Positions 31,929 to 48,010 of a stretch of DNA of 64,000 bases are shown piece after piece. The notes beneath the pieces were generated by a model. That model had not been told where the DNA came from, made no database searches, and saw nothing but the letters and a program-made list of their open reading frames with translations. Source of the stretch: the human T2T-CHM13v2.0 reference genome, Homo sapiens. Every line of letters starts with the position of its first letter. Within the stretch, counting starts at the first letter, position 1. The stretch lies in NCBI RefSeq assembly GCF_009914755.1, contig NC_060937.1; one strand, written 5' to 3'. The translations under genes and the position numbers were made by a program.

Positions 31929-33354
31929 AATGTAATGACAAAAACAGCATGTACCAAATGGGCTAACAAATGAATGAAAACATTTTATCCCACACATTTC
32001 CTCCTATGAAGCCACCAAGAGGTGGGTGAATAAAGGCTGCCTAAGCCCATTTCCTATGGACCATATCCTCAAATAGCACATACCTACCGGTAAGTGTCCA
32101 TGTCACCCTCTGAGCAGGACACCAAAACCACATTTTGTGATCTCTAGTTTTCTGGGATTTATAATATAAAAAGAAACCTGATGCAACATTCCAGGGCTAT
32201 TACAAGTCAAATTCCAATGCTACAAACTCTAAAAGATCATAAAATACATCCTAACAAAGATTACTTCCAATAAGAGAATCTGGCTGGCTAAGGTTTTAAA
32301 ATCTCTTGGTTTGTCAAATAGACACTTTGTTATAATTTGATTTTACTTGTGGCATTACTAGCAAACTTTGTAAATCCCAAGTATACTTTGGCAGGGTAGA
32401 TGGATGGAATTGTTGGGAAAGCCTTAGGGTGGAAAACATTAACTAGAGCTTAAGAAAAAATGCACAAAGGAAATGAGGAAAGGATAGGCAGATGGGGAAT
32501 TCAGTGAGGTTTCGATGGACTCGTGCTCGGTCCTGTGCCTGATATCTTCTTCCTCTTGGTGTGTTTCTTTGCAGAACATTGACAACCCTCAAGATAACAG
32601 GGGCATCTGAGAAATGTAGGAAGCAAGGCAAGTTGCTTGGGGAAATATTTGTGGACTGCCTTCTTCTAAGGTTATTCCTATTTTAAAGGACTTGAAAAAG
32701 TACTAAATATGGGTTAACATCACGAAAGAGTTTTCCTTTACTCCCAATCTTTACTAATATCAATCTCAATACCTACTATTGATTCCCTTCTTTCCAGTCC
32801 CTAGTAATGACTGGCACAGAGTAGTTGCTCAATAAAATACTTTCAAATTGATTAAAGTCATATAAGATTACTTATGGCTTCAGTGCTAATTCTTGCCACA
32901 TAAATTTGTGTTTTATACATTTCAAAGTGAGATTAGTTTCACTTTCAAGATTGTGACACAAGACAAAGGGCAGCTCTGTGGGATCTGACGTGATCATGTC
33001 AGGGGATCAGACAACCAGCTTTATGATGGATTTCCAACAGATCATTGTGAATCTCTTTCAGACACTCTGCCACACAGCTGCTGAAAAAGAAATATGAGCT
33101 GACAAAGCATTCTTCATTTTACCTAAACAAGAAAAGAAAAGAGGCCACCATACCCCAGGGCACAGGTGACAGACAATAAAATAGCAAAAGTCAGTGAATT
33201 ATGGGGATTGAGTTTTTGCTGGGATGCAGATGGAAACATGGTCACACCCAGTAAACAGAGGCCTATGTCTGGATTCTACAGATAATTCTATAGGAAAGAA
33301 GATGAAATGGACCATAGACAGCGAATCACTGTTGTGATTAAGAAAATGTAGATC

Positions 33355-33570
<216 letters not shown>

Positions 33571-34580
33571 ATGAAAGTAGATCAACTTCAAAGACTTACT
33601 TTCTGGAGATCAGTTAAAGCTTTGTAGGCACACATACACAAATCCTACGACACGCCTAAAACAGTGGTGTGCCCTAGGTATGTTAATAGAATAGTTAGGG
33701 TAAAGATTTAGTTCGGAATATTTGCACAAATTAACTTCGGCTTCTGTTTAAACATATTCTTATTAAAATTTTCATATTGCATACTTATGCTGAACCACAT
33801 TCATAAAACATCAAGGATTCTTATTCAATGCTTCATGAAGGGCACTATATTTGGCACAAGACTCTGCCCCAAGGTGTTTTCACACATCTGGAAACCATGT
33901 TTCCTCAATGTACAGGCTCCATATTGCTGAGGCTTTTGAAGCCAACAGGGTTTTTGCCACAGGGGAGCCCCTGCTGAGCACCTGGGGATTCCCTGGGACA
34001 GTGAGAGCCCCAGGGAGCAGGAGACAATTAGAAACCGACTCAGCATAATAATCACTCTTCGGGCCTTTGCTGTTTATTTTCTCACATTCCTCCTGCCAGC
34101 CACCTCATAATTCACCTTCCCCCCAATTCTCTGACACTCTTGACACAGAGCAGAACCAGCAGAACTGAATGGAAGGTTGCAAATGAAAGAGGCTGGAGGG
34201 GTTTGGGAATGGGCCCTGGGCAAGGCAGAAAGGTGGGATGGCTGAGAAGGGATTTAATGACAATCCCAAGAGCTCCAAATGGGGCAGGGGAGGTGGTGTC
34301 CACAGGGAAGGAAATGAGAGGAACAGGTTTACATTCCAAGAGGACTGGATCAAGGAACGGCTTGCCAGTCTTCTGGAAGTTTTTGACAAAAGATGGGTGA
34401 CAGGGCCTGGCGGTCATGCTACATTGAGAGGCAGCCTCAGCTGTCTGAGGATATCCAAATACTCATTTGGAGATGGAAGGCATGTGACATACTTCCTCCC
34501 TCCCTACACTAAATGTTCCTTACTTCCAATCTCTCTCCACAGGGCTCACCTCCTATTGTATTTTGGCCCTTGTTTCTCTC

Positions 34581-34760
34581 TTCTTCTTCTTCTTCTTCTT
34601 CTTCTTCTTCTTCTTCTTCTTCTTCTTCTGCTTCTTCTTCTTCTTCTTCCTCATCGTCGTCATCTTCTTCTTCTTCTCCTTCTTCTTCTTCTTCTTCTTC
34701 TTCTTCTTCTTCTTCTTCTTCTTCTTCTTCTTCTTCTTCTTCTTCTTCTTCTTCTTCTTC
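34581..34760. repeat. Interrupted (TTC/GAA)n trinucleotide repeat, 60 triplets
   Basis: (TTC)16 TGC (TTC)6 CTC ATC GTC GTC ATC (TTC)4 TCC (TTC)27. Confidence 0.98.
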
Positions 34761-35065
34761 TTTCTTTTTTGAAACAGGGTCTTTGCTGTGTCACCCAGGC
34801 TAGAGTGCAGTGGCATGATCACAGCTCACTGTAGCCTCAAACTCCTGGGTTCAAGTGATCTTCCCATCTCAGCCTCCTGAGTAGCTGGGAGTAGCTGAGT
34901 AGCTACAGGTGCATGCTACCACACCTGGCTAATTTTTAAATTTTTAGTAGAGATGGAGTCTCACTGTGTTGGCCAGGCTGATCTAAAACACCTGGCCTCA
35001 AGTGATCCTCCCTCTTCAGCCTCCCAAAGTGCTGGGATTATAGGTGTGAGCCACCACGTCTGGCT
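34761..35065 (-). mobile_element. AluJ-like SINE whose tail is the GAA tract
   Basis: Antisense Alu directly abutting the TTC run; internal gagtagct triplication. Confidence 0.94.
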
Positions 35066-35459
35066 GCATTACTGGCTATGAGAGAGAAGGCAGAAGAAGA
35101 CTGCCCTCTGGGAAAAAAAAATGAATAAAATACTTTTTAAAAGTTTTTAAAGTTTTTAATGGCTGTTATTTTACCATTATACCTTCATTTATTCCCATCT
35201 TTAAAAGTTCCTAAAATTTAAATACCCACACATCAGAGGCAGTGTCCATTAGTAAGAATAAATGGCAGTTGGTTGCCATAGAAATCTTTAGTTGAAATTA
35301 TCTGAACGCTTCAGATGCTCTAGCCTGGCCTTCTGTTTTTCAGGGCCCCAGACTGGCTAGGCTGGGACTTAGATTTCACCGAGAGGAACTTTCCCTTCTG
35401 GCTGGCTTAGCTTCCAGAACATGAGCCTGGCTAGGGATTTATATTGCCCTAGATCCAAA

Positions 35460-36070
35460 AACAAAATTAAAGGACAACAAACATATTGGGAAAATATTTG
35501 CAATCTGTGACAAAGGCAAATCACCTTAATATAAAAATAGCCTTTACAAATCAATAAAAGATGAATACCACACAGAAAACCAACAATGACAATTAAAAAA
35601 ATGAAGCCAAGAAAAACATAAAGAGATAATTTGTAAGCGAGGAAATACAACATGATAAAATCGCAAATGAAGAAAAACACTCCACACTCACAAGTAATTA
35701 AAGAAAAGCAAAATGAAGCAACAATGAGATCCTTTTTCACTTATCTAATTAGCAAACATTTTGTTTCCTTTTTTTAGTGATGAAATTCAGTATTGGCAGG
35801 AGTTCAGAAAATGAATCTCTTTTATTCATTGGTAGGAGTGTAAACTGGCAAACCTTTTCTGGAGAGACATTTGGAATATTTATTAGTGGCTCTTCAAAGC
35901 AGTATTTCTCATTATATGCACCACAGAGAATTGGTTAGGTAAGCTACGGTACATCCACATGGCGCCATTAAAATGTTGCAGAAGAAAGATTCAGTGATGT
36001 TGAGAAAAGTAGATTACAAGATCATATATTCAATATGAGTATAGTTTTTGTTTTTTTTTAAAAATGTATA
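35460..36070 (+). mobile_element. L1ME-like LINE 3' fragment
   Basis: ttgggaaaatatttgcaa, gcaaaatgaagcaacaatgagat, ttggtaggagtgtaaactgg. Confidence 0.7.
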
Positions 36071-36155
36071 GAAGGGCCTGAAGAACCGGATTCTTAGTCA
36101 CATAAAATTACTATTTGAAATTTACTTTGCTTCCATGAATGAACCTACTTAAAAA

Positions 36156-36463
<308 letters not shown>

Positions 36464-36502
36464 TAATAGGAAGAATTTCCCTAGTGGTAATTTGTTCTAT
36501 GA

Positions 36503-37031
<529 letters not shown>

Positions 37032-37034
37032 TTA

Positions 37035-37540
37035 TGAATATTTATTAAACTCCTCCATAAGCCACGTGCCACTCTAGGTGAAAGAGACAGAAGTGAATAA
37101 GGCAAACGTCTAGCTTTTATATCCCTTTTCATAGGGAACACAACAATAAATAAGCAAAACCAACAGAAATAAGAGGGTGATAGTTTCATGAAGAAAACAC
37201 AATAAGTTACTGGGACAGAGATTGTAAGGAGGTCAGGGGGCAACATTACGTACAATGATGGATCTGATGGATCTGATGAAATGATATTTGAGTTGGGACC
37301 AGAGTGACGAAAAGGATTCCAGGCAGAAGGGAGAACAGGGGCCAAAGCCCTGGGGTGGGAACAGCACTGAAATACTTATGGAACAGAAATAAGTTCAGTG
37401 GGGCGAGAGTCTGTGTGTGAAGACAGCAAGAGAGTAAGAAATGAAGTCAGAGTTAGGCAGGCCCCAAATCACTTACACTGTTAGGTCAATGGAAGGCAAT
37501 GGGAAGCCACTGGAGGACTTCATTAAAATTTGATAAAATG
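37035..37540 (-). mobile_element. L2 LINE 3' portion
   Basis: aatatttattaaactcc...gtgccactctaggtg, gatatttgagttgggacc, gggaagccactggaggactt. Confidence 0.75.
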
Positions 37541-37619
37541 CATTCTTAAGGATCAAACATAAAATCTAAACTTTCGGTAATCATTTATGGTTAAAAGTTA
37601 ACGTTAGGTATATAAATCT

Positions 37620-37760
37620 TCTTTAATAAAACAATTCTGTGGGACAGATCTGCTACCAAGGCTCAGAGAAGTTGAGTGGCCTGACCACAGTCACACAGCT
37701 GATAGGTAGCAGGATTGGGACTAGAGCCTGGGGCTCCTGCGCCCCAGGTCAGTTACTAGG
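37620..37760 (-). mobile_element. MIR SINE fragment
   Basis: aaggctcagagaagttgagtggcctgaccacagtcacacagct. Confidence 0.75.
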
Positions 37761-38595
37761 CATGAATAGAAACACCGCACTGCAACACTGAATGTTAGCC
37801 GACATGGCAGCTAAAATGCACACATTAGCATTACCAAATGAGTGAGCCGATTGAGCAAGTGAGTTCTCCTACCACCACCTCCCCTTAGCATTGGCTTTGA
37901 AGACGGTAACCGGGAAAACTCAGACTGAGTCGCCCCATGTTATTGCGCCAGGACTGGAGACTCTGAGAAGCTGGTTGCAACATTTGGCGTCTTCGCTTCG
38001 GATGCTCTATAAGCCTTTTGAGAGATGAGCCTGAGTTTGTGGCGGCAGGCTCCCTTTTGAAAGAGCCACCCAATCTGGCCTCCCCAGACATCTTCCTGGA
38101 GGAGGATTGAGCATTATTCCAAAAAAGAAGGGTGGCCTCGAGCTGGCCCATCAGGCCCTAGCAATACCCAGCTCCTCATCAGGATGGGTGCAATGTTTGT
38201 TTTGGACTTTAAGCTTCTCTTTCACCCTTCGCTCTTTGTTTCCAAGGCAAGGCCAATCAAGCTGAGCCCTCTCAGCAGAGCCTTTTCCAGCAGCTGCAGA
38301 AGCCGCCTCACAACAGCCACTGGCTGGTGCTTCTTCCTCTCTGTGTGGGATGTTGCCTCTTACTCCTCTCGCAGTCTACCTGGCTCTCCTTGGCTTGCGC
38401 AGCCGTGGGCTGGGGAAGCATAGGGTACCCTCAGTGGTCAGTTTTATCTCTGAGTCCCCAGAATGCTGCTCTTGATTAGCTGGACCTTTCCCATTCTGGG
38501 CTTTGCAGCTTGCACTTATATTTTCTCTGGACAGTCCAACTGTTCTTTCACAGAGTCCTTCAAACACATGGCTCTTTGAGATTTGAGTTTGCTTC

Positions 38596-38910
38596 TTATT
38601 TTTTCTTTAGAGATGGGGTTTTGTACTGTCACCCAGGCTGGAGTGCAGTGGCAGGGTCATAGCTCGCTGCAGCCTCCAACTCATGGATTCAAGCAATCCT
38701 CCCATTTCAGCCTCCTGAGTAGCTGGGACTATAGTCAGGTGCCATCTCACCCAGCTAATTTAAAAACTTTTTTTTTTTTTTTTTTTTTTTTTTGTAGAGA
38801 TGAGATCTTGCTTTGTTGCCCAGGCTGGTCTCAAACTCCTGGCCTCAAGCAATCTCCTGCCTCAGCCTCCCAAAGTACTGGGATTACAGGTGTGAGCCAC
38901 TGCAGCCGGC
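38596..38910 (-). mobile_element. AluJ-like SINE
   Basis: Antisense Alu with expanded middle T run. Confidence 0.93.
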
Positions 38911-38939
38911 TTCCAGACTTCTTAAATAAGGAGGTAAGT

Positions 38940-39440
<501 letters not shown>

Positions 39441-39619
39441 AGATAAAGAGTGGACCTGATCTCCCCATAGTTTGCTGCCCTCCTGTCTGCCCGCCTGCCC
39501 GCTTGAACACATGGAGCTCTCCTTCCCTGTGTGTAAGACTGATCTTTGATAATGAGATGCCTTGACCTGCCACTTGATGTCATGGGATAACTGAGAGCCC
39601 ACTACCTTGAAGTCTCCGT

Positions 39620-40100
39620 GAAGACACAGTCCACCGCCTCAAAACACTCCACTGATGCCTCCAACCCCACTGACCTCAGCAACCCTTCCTGTCAAAGTCA
39701 CAGATGACTTCCACTTTGCCAAATGCAACGGTCATTTTCTGGTCTTCCTCTCAGCTTCTCTCTTGGACACAATTGACTTCCTTCTTGAAATATACTCTTG
39801 TTTTGGTTTCAGGACCACCTTGATGTCCTGGTTTCTGCCTAACTTAATAAACATTTGGATCCCTTCACTGGTTCCACCTCTTCTCAAATGACTAACTGTT
39901 GGTGTAGCCCAGGGCTCTGTCCTTGGCCTGCTTCTCTTTTCCCTCAGCATTTTCTCTCTAGAGCATCTCAACTATCCCTGAGACTTACAGATAAGTCAAC
40001 AAGATAATTCCCAGATCTGTGCTTTCAGCCTGGATCTTCCTACTAAGTTTTAAATTATGCCTCCAACTGCCTTCTTGACCTCTCCACTTGGATGTCTGTA
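39620..40100 (+). mobile_element. L2 LINE internal relic
   Basis: gtcaaagtcacagatgacttccactttgccaaatgcaacggtc, cccagggctctgtccttggcc, tctccacttggatgtct. Confidence 0.75.
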
Positions 40101-40237
40101 TCAACCCATTATGAATTTTCAATTCATTGGGGGTATAAACATGAAGTCGGTTCATGTTTTTCCATAACTGCCCTGATTATGCTAGTCTCAATACTCAAGA
40201 ATCTTGGGATACTTCAGTCCAATTCCACAATGTCCAG

Positions 40238-40541
<304 letters not shown>

Positions 40542-41117
40542 GATGTTGAGATTACTAAAGTAGTCTCATTCTAGATTTTAAAATCTCAGTACTATTTATA
40601 CTTAAATATTATCTCAATGGTCAATTCTTTGTCTAGGACATCAAATTGTTAAATAGGTCTAAAACACCTTGAAATAACAGAAAGCAAGGAATCGATAAAA
40701 AAAATCTTAGGCCCATGCCAAAAGAATCCAGGAGCCAGCATGAAGTCTCCTTCTGTCTAAAGATGGAAATGTTTGAACAATAAAAATAACAACTGCAGTG
40801 GATTAAACACATTAAAATCCTTAAATGTATAAGTTCACAATGAAACTTCAAAAAACTCTCTCATTTGTCCTCTTTTAAGGATGACTAGGCAACCAACACA
40901 TTATTTTGAAAACTTGTAAATAAAAAGAAAAAATAAATGTTTCCAGCATAAAATGAGCCTCAGGACAACCCAGTAGTTAAAGAGGGAAATTTATCTTTAC
41001 AGAAATATTTCAGCTAATAAAGAAAGAAGGATTAAATTGGAATATCACATTTTTTGGAACCTCTGGTGAAATCATTGTTCTTGGCAATAATCACTAATAA
41101 TGGCTAAAAAGACAACT

Positions 41118-42320
41118 GTAGAAAAAAGCATAAGGGAAAAGCTTCACAATATTGGATTTAGCAAGGATTTCCTCAGTATGATACCAAAAGAACAGTCAAC
41201 AAAAGGAAAAATAGACAAATGGGACTTTTAATCAAAATTAAAATTGATTAATTTTAATCAAAATTAAAAGCTTCTGTGTATCAAAAGACACAATCGACAG
41301 AGTGAAAAAATAACCCACAGAATGGTAGAACATATTTGCAATTCATATAAGGGGTTATAAGGGGTTAGGATCCAGAATATATAAAGAATTCCAACAACTC
41401 AACAAAAACAAAAACAAAAACTCAATTAAAAAAATGGGCAAAGGACTCAAACAGACATTTATCTAAATATGATATACAAATGGCCAACAAGCATATGAAA
41501 GATGCTCAGCGTCACCGTCACTAATCATTAGGGAAATGCAAATCAAAACCACAATAAAATATAACCTCACACCTGTGAGGATGGCTAATCAAAAAACAAA
41601 AAAAGTACGCAATTAAACAAAAATAAAACAAGGGTTGGAGCAGAGGCAGAGAAATTGGAACGCTTGCACATTGTTGGTGGAATTGTAAAATGGTGCAGCT
41701 GCTGTGGAAAACAGTTTGAAGTTTCCTCAAAATACTAAAAATAGAATTGCCTTAGGATCCAGTCATTTGATTTCTAGGTATATACCCACAAGAATTAAAT
41801 GAAGGATCTTGAAGTGATATTTGCACACCCATGTTTATAGCAGCATTATAGTCAAAAGGTGTAAACGGCCAAAGACTGGGCAGATTGATGGATGAATGGA
41901 TAAACAAAATGAGGTACACACATACAATGGAGACCCTGAAAGTGAAAGGAATTCTGACACATGCTACAACATGAATCCTGAGAACACTATGATAAGTGAA
42001 CAAACCTGTCACCAAAAGACAAATATTGTGTGATTCTGCTTATATGAGGTATCTAGAGTAGTCCAATTTCATAGAGACAGAAAGTAGAATGGTGATTGCC
42101 ATGTGCTGGAATGGGGTCAATGAGGGGCTTTTGTTTAATGGGTGCAGAGTTTTAGTTCTGCAAGATGGAAAGGTTCTGGAGAGGGATGGTGGTGATGGTT
42201 GCAAAACAGTGTGAAGATACTAACGCTACTGAACCGTACACTTAAAAATACTTAAGATTGTACATTTTAGGTATGTGGTTTCATTTTTTTTTTTTTTGCC
42301 ACAATAAAACGAAAAAGAGA
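41118..42320 (+). mobile_element. L1MB-like LINE 3' fragment
   Basis: atcattagggaaatgcaaatcaaaaccacaat, tgttggtggaattgtaaaatggtgcagc, gagacagaaagtagaatggtgattgcc. Confidence 0.9.
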
Positions 42321-42392
42321 GAGAAATAACCTGTGAAATAATCTTGCCAAAAAATCAAACCAATTTAAATCTGATCAAGCCTCTCCATCTAA

Positions 42393-42880
<488 letters not shown>

Positions 42881-43213
42881 AAGGACTCTTAAAAGATATA
42901 AACATCAAGTGCAACGTATAGAACTTATGTGGATTCTTAATCAAACTATAAAAAATTATGGCACAATCTGGGAACATCTGATAATATTCAGGAATATAAT
43001 GGCTATTTTAAGTCCTTATCTTTTGGCAATATCTACTAAAATATTTATGGTAAAATAGCCTGACGTCTGAGACCTGCTTAAAAATAATTGAGGTGGGAAA
43101 GTTGGAGGGTAAGTATGGATGAGCAAAACTGGCTGAGTTGGTCATTATTGAAGCTTGAAGCTTGGTGGCGGGAGTCAGCACACTATTCTTTCTGTTTTGT
43201 GAAATAGAAAGAA

Positions 43214-43413
43214 TCCCCCTTTTGGCTGTCTCTCATATCTTTCTCCACATCTGGGCGGCATCAGCCAATGTCTGTACAACTTTTAGACAGAAGACAATCA
43301 GAACTGGGGACGGGGTTGAGGTCTGGTTGGGCACACCCACTCTGCAGTTGCTTATCTTTGAGTCTGTCCTTTCATTTATTGAATGAATGAATAAATGATA
43401 TTTTTTAAAGCTG
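43214..43413 (+). repeat. Local duplication 2, copy A (inserted copy)
   Basis: Matches 44005-44207; 85 nt identical (43274-43358 vs 44067-44151). Confidence 0.97.
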
Positions 43414-44004
43414 TGCATTGTGTTTGAAATTCTCCAATAAAAAGTTTTCCTTTTAAAATAGTAACCTTAGATTCTGCTTGAAGTCAGCCTCCTCTTCCCC
43501 CAGCAGCGTGACATAGGAGACAAAGTCATGGCGGGTACACATTTTTCCCCTCCAGCTCCCCTGGACCTACCCTCCTGGGTCGCAGCAGAAGGTGGAACAG
43601 AGCAGCAGGGACAGCTCCTTGCTGGGCTGCCCGGAGCAGGGAGGCAGTCTCCTCTCCCTGGATCACTGTAGCCTTGTGGGCTACAGACACAAACAGTCTG
43701 ACTGCTTGTGAGGCAGGGGTCACATGCTGGATCTCTCCTGGAACCAATCTTTGGATTTTCTAGACGCGCTTCAGATGTCCTTCCCTACTGCAGCTCTGCG
43801 GCGTGAAGATCGGGTTCTGGCTGGCGTTCACCTACGGCCTTCACCACAGCTCCTTGGTTGGCCCTGCATGAAGGACAGTGGCCTTCGGTGGGGTACCTAA
43901 GGTAGCTTAAGTCTAGCCACCTCTCAGCTGTCTAGAAAACCCACAGGAAATTCATGGGCCATTTCTGTGTCAAATGGAGGAAGTGCAGGCTGCCCAAGCG
44001 ACAC

Positions 44005-44207
44005 TCCCTCTTTTGGCTGTCTCTCCTACACCTTTCTCCACAACTGGGCAGCATTAGACAATGTCCGTACAACTTTTAGACAGAAGACAATCAGAACTGG
44101 GGACGGGGTTGAGGTCTGGTTGGGCACACCCACTCTGCAGTTGCTTATCTTGGAGTCCGTCCTTTCATTTATTGAATGAATGAATAAATGATATTTTTTT
44201 AAAGCTG
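44005..44207 (+). repeat. Local duplication 2, copy B (likely donor)
   Basis: Matches 43214-43413. Confidence 0.97.
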
Positions 44208-44349
44208 CACGTAAAATATGATCAAACTGAGCATACAATTAAGCTCTATTGGCCCAAGTGTTCCAAAGAGGGAGAGTCAGGACTTCATGAGATACACAGA
44301 ATTGGCAACTGCAATAAGCTTGTTTCTAATTTCTCTCTGTGTTCTCTGT

Positions 44350-44668
<319 letters not shown>

Positions 44669-45602
44669 TAAATTACTCAGTGTTTTATTAAAGAATCTCT
44701 AATAATTGATAATTCACCTTCTTTTGGGTTTATTGTATAGATAGAAAGAACTATAATAGTTCCCAGGAGCATAAAGTTTATATGAGGCCATCAGTGTAAT
44801 ATTTTTATGAATCTTCCTACTATGAAAGTGTGTTTCCTAGCACAAAACAAATGTGCTGCATGGAGGAGTCATAAAACGCATATGAGACAGTGCCACAAAG
44901 AAGATAACAGCGGGTCTTGCTACCAGCACAAGTCTGTTGTATATGTGATATATAACATAGATATAAGTCCCTTATATACATTACCACATGTAAGTCCCCT
45001 AACAATCCCACACGATTTGCATCTTTAGCTCCACGTAGAGATAAGGAAAGCAAAGCTCTGAGAAATTACTTTAGGAAATGATGGAGCCAGGATTCAACCC
45101 AACACTGTATTGCTTAAATCTCAAATGACACAACCATATTTAATAAGAGCACACCATGTACCAAGCAGTAAAGTAGGGCTTAGGGGAATTCCCAAGGGAA
45201 TCATCACGAGTTATATTTTCTAAATATAGGATTTGTTTGAAGAAAATTTAGAAGTCTCCATGGACATGCTGCTCAGTCAAATTCCTTATCTCCCTATATC
45301 TTAAAATATTCAAAAATATATCTCTTTTGCATAACAAACCAGGGAATGATTTGTTGCTTTTGTTTGCTAGAGGAAAGTATACATCTGATGATGCTGGATA
45401 TTTTTTTGCACAAGATATAATGTTTTGCTATCCATTTATTTTTTAAATACTATTTATATTAAAGGCAAAACCTATTTCTCCTTAAGGGAAAAAATAGATT
45501 TGGTGTCTAAGATAAATAAGTTTAATTTTTCTAGGTAATCAAAATATCTCAGAAGTTAATTCAGACCTTCTATGTCTTGCCTAAATAAAGCTGGTAGGTA
45601 AT

Positions 45603-46074
45603 CGTATTAGTTACCTGCTTCTGCATAACAAGTTATTCCAAAACTTAGTGCCTAAAATAATAATAAACATTTATTATCTCATGCTTTCTGTGAGTCAGGA
45701 ATTTGGGAATGACTTAGCTGGTGGTTGTGGCTCAGTCTGTCACAGCACTGCAGTCATCTGAAGGCTTGACTGAGGCTGGGGGATCTGCTTCTAAGATGGC
45801 ACACTCATGTGTTAGGCAAGCCAGTATTGGCTGCTGGTAGGATGCCTCAATTTCTCATCACGTGGACCTCCCTATACAGCTGAGTGAGTGTTCTCATGAC
45901 AAGGTAGCTAATTTTCCCAAAGTAAGTGATCCAAACAAGTGAGGCAGAAGCTGCAAGGTCTTTTTATAACCTAACCTCTGAAGTAACACAGTCATTTCCT
46001 CAATATCTTACTAGCTACATGGATCACCAGGTGGTGAGAATCATTGGGGACCATCTTAGAGGCTGGTTATCACA
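45603..46074 (-). mobile_element. MLT1H-like MaLR solo LTR
   Basis: gtattagttacctgcttctgcataacaagttattccaaaacttagtg...catcttagaggctggttatcaca; perfect 5-bp TSD gtaat (45598, 46075). Confidence 0.88.
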
Positions 46075-46106
46075 GTAATCAATGTGCATTAAGAACTAAT
46101 TTGTTG

Positions 46107-47487
<1,381 letters not shown>

Positions 47488-47566
47488 GAATGAATTTCTC
47501 CAAAAGAAAAAGTTGCTCATATGGAGAGCATAAAACACACTGTGGCATATATTCTATAAAATATGG

Positions 47567-48010
47567 TGTGGTAGATTGTTACAGTGATGGTCCTCAATAC
47601 ATCACATCTCCCTGAACTCATGTCCTTGCATAGTTCCCTCTCACATTGATGCTAGGTTTGGCGGTGTGACTTGCTTCAATCAATGGGATATTAGCAACAG
47701 TGATACAAGCAGAGGCTTGTAAAGCAAATTTACAGTGGGACCTACTCTCTCTAGCTGGTGGGGATTCTTCCTTCAATATGTAAACAGCCCAAGCTAGCCT
47801 CCTAGAGGGCAAAAGAACACATGGAGGGAGACTCAGCCAGCCCAGCCTTTCTAGCCAACAAGACCTGGCCACATGATTGAGCACCGCCAACACCACTCAG
47901 AGCACAGATTAGCTGTCCTAGCTTAGCACAGTCCAAATTACTAACCCATAAATTAGTGAGCAAATGAATAGTTGTTTTAAGCCACTGTGTTTTGAGATCA
48001 GGGGTAGGTA
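47567..48010 (+). mobile_element. MLT1F/G-like MaLR LTR
   Basis: tgtggtagattgttac..., tgtgacttgcttcaatcaatggga, gttgttttaagccactgtgttttg. Confidence 0.78.

Noticed and set aside
34238-34834. Poly-Leu/Ser/Phe/Lys ORFs
   Set aside because: Artefacts of translating the stop-free TTC/GAA repeat.
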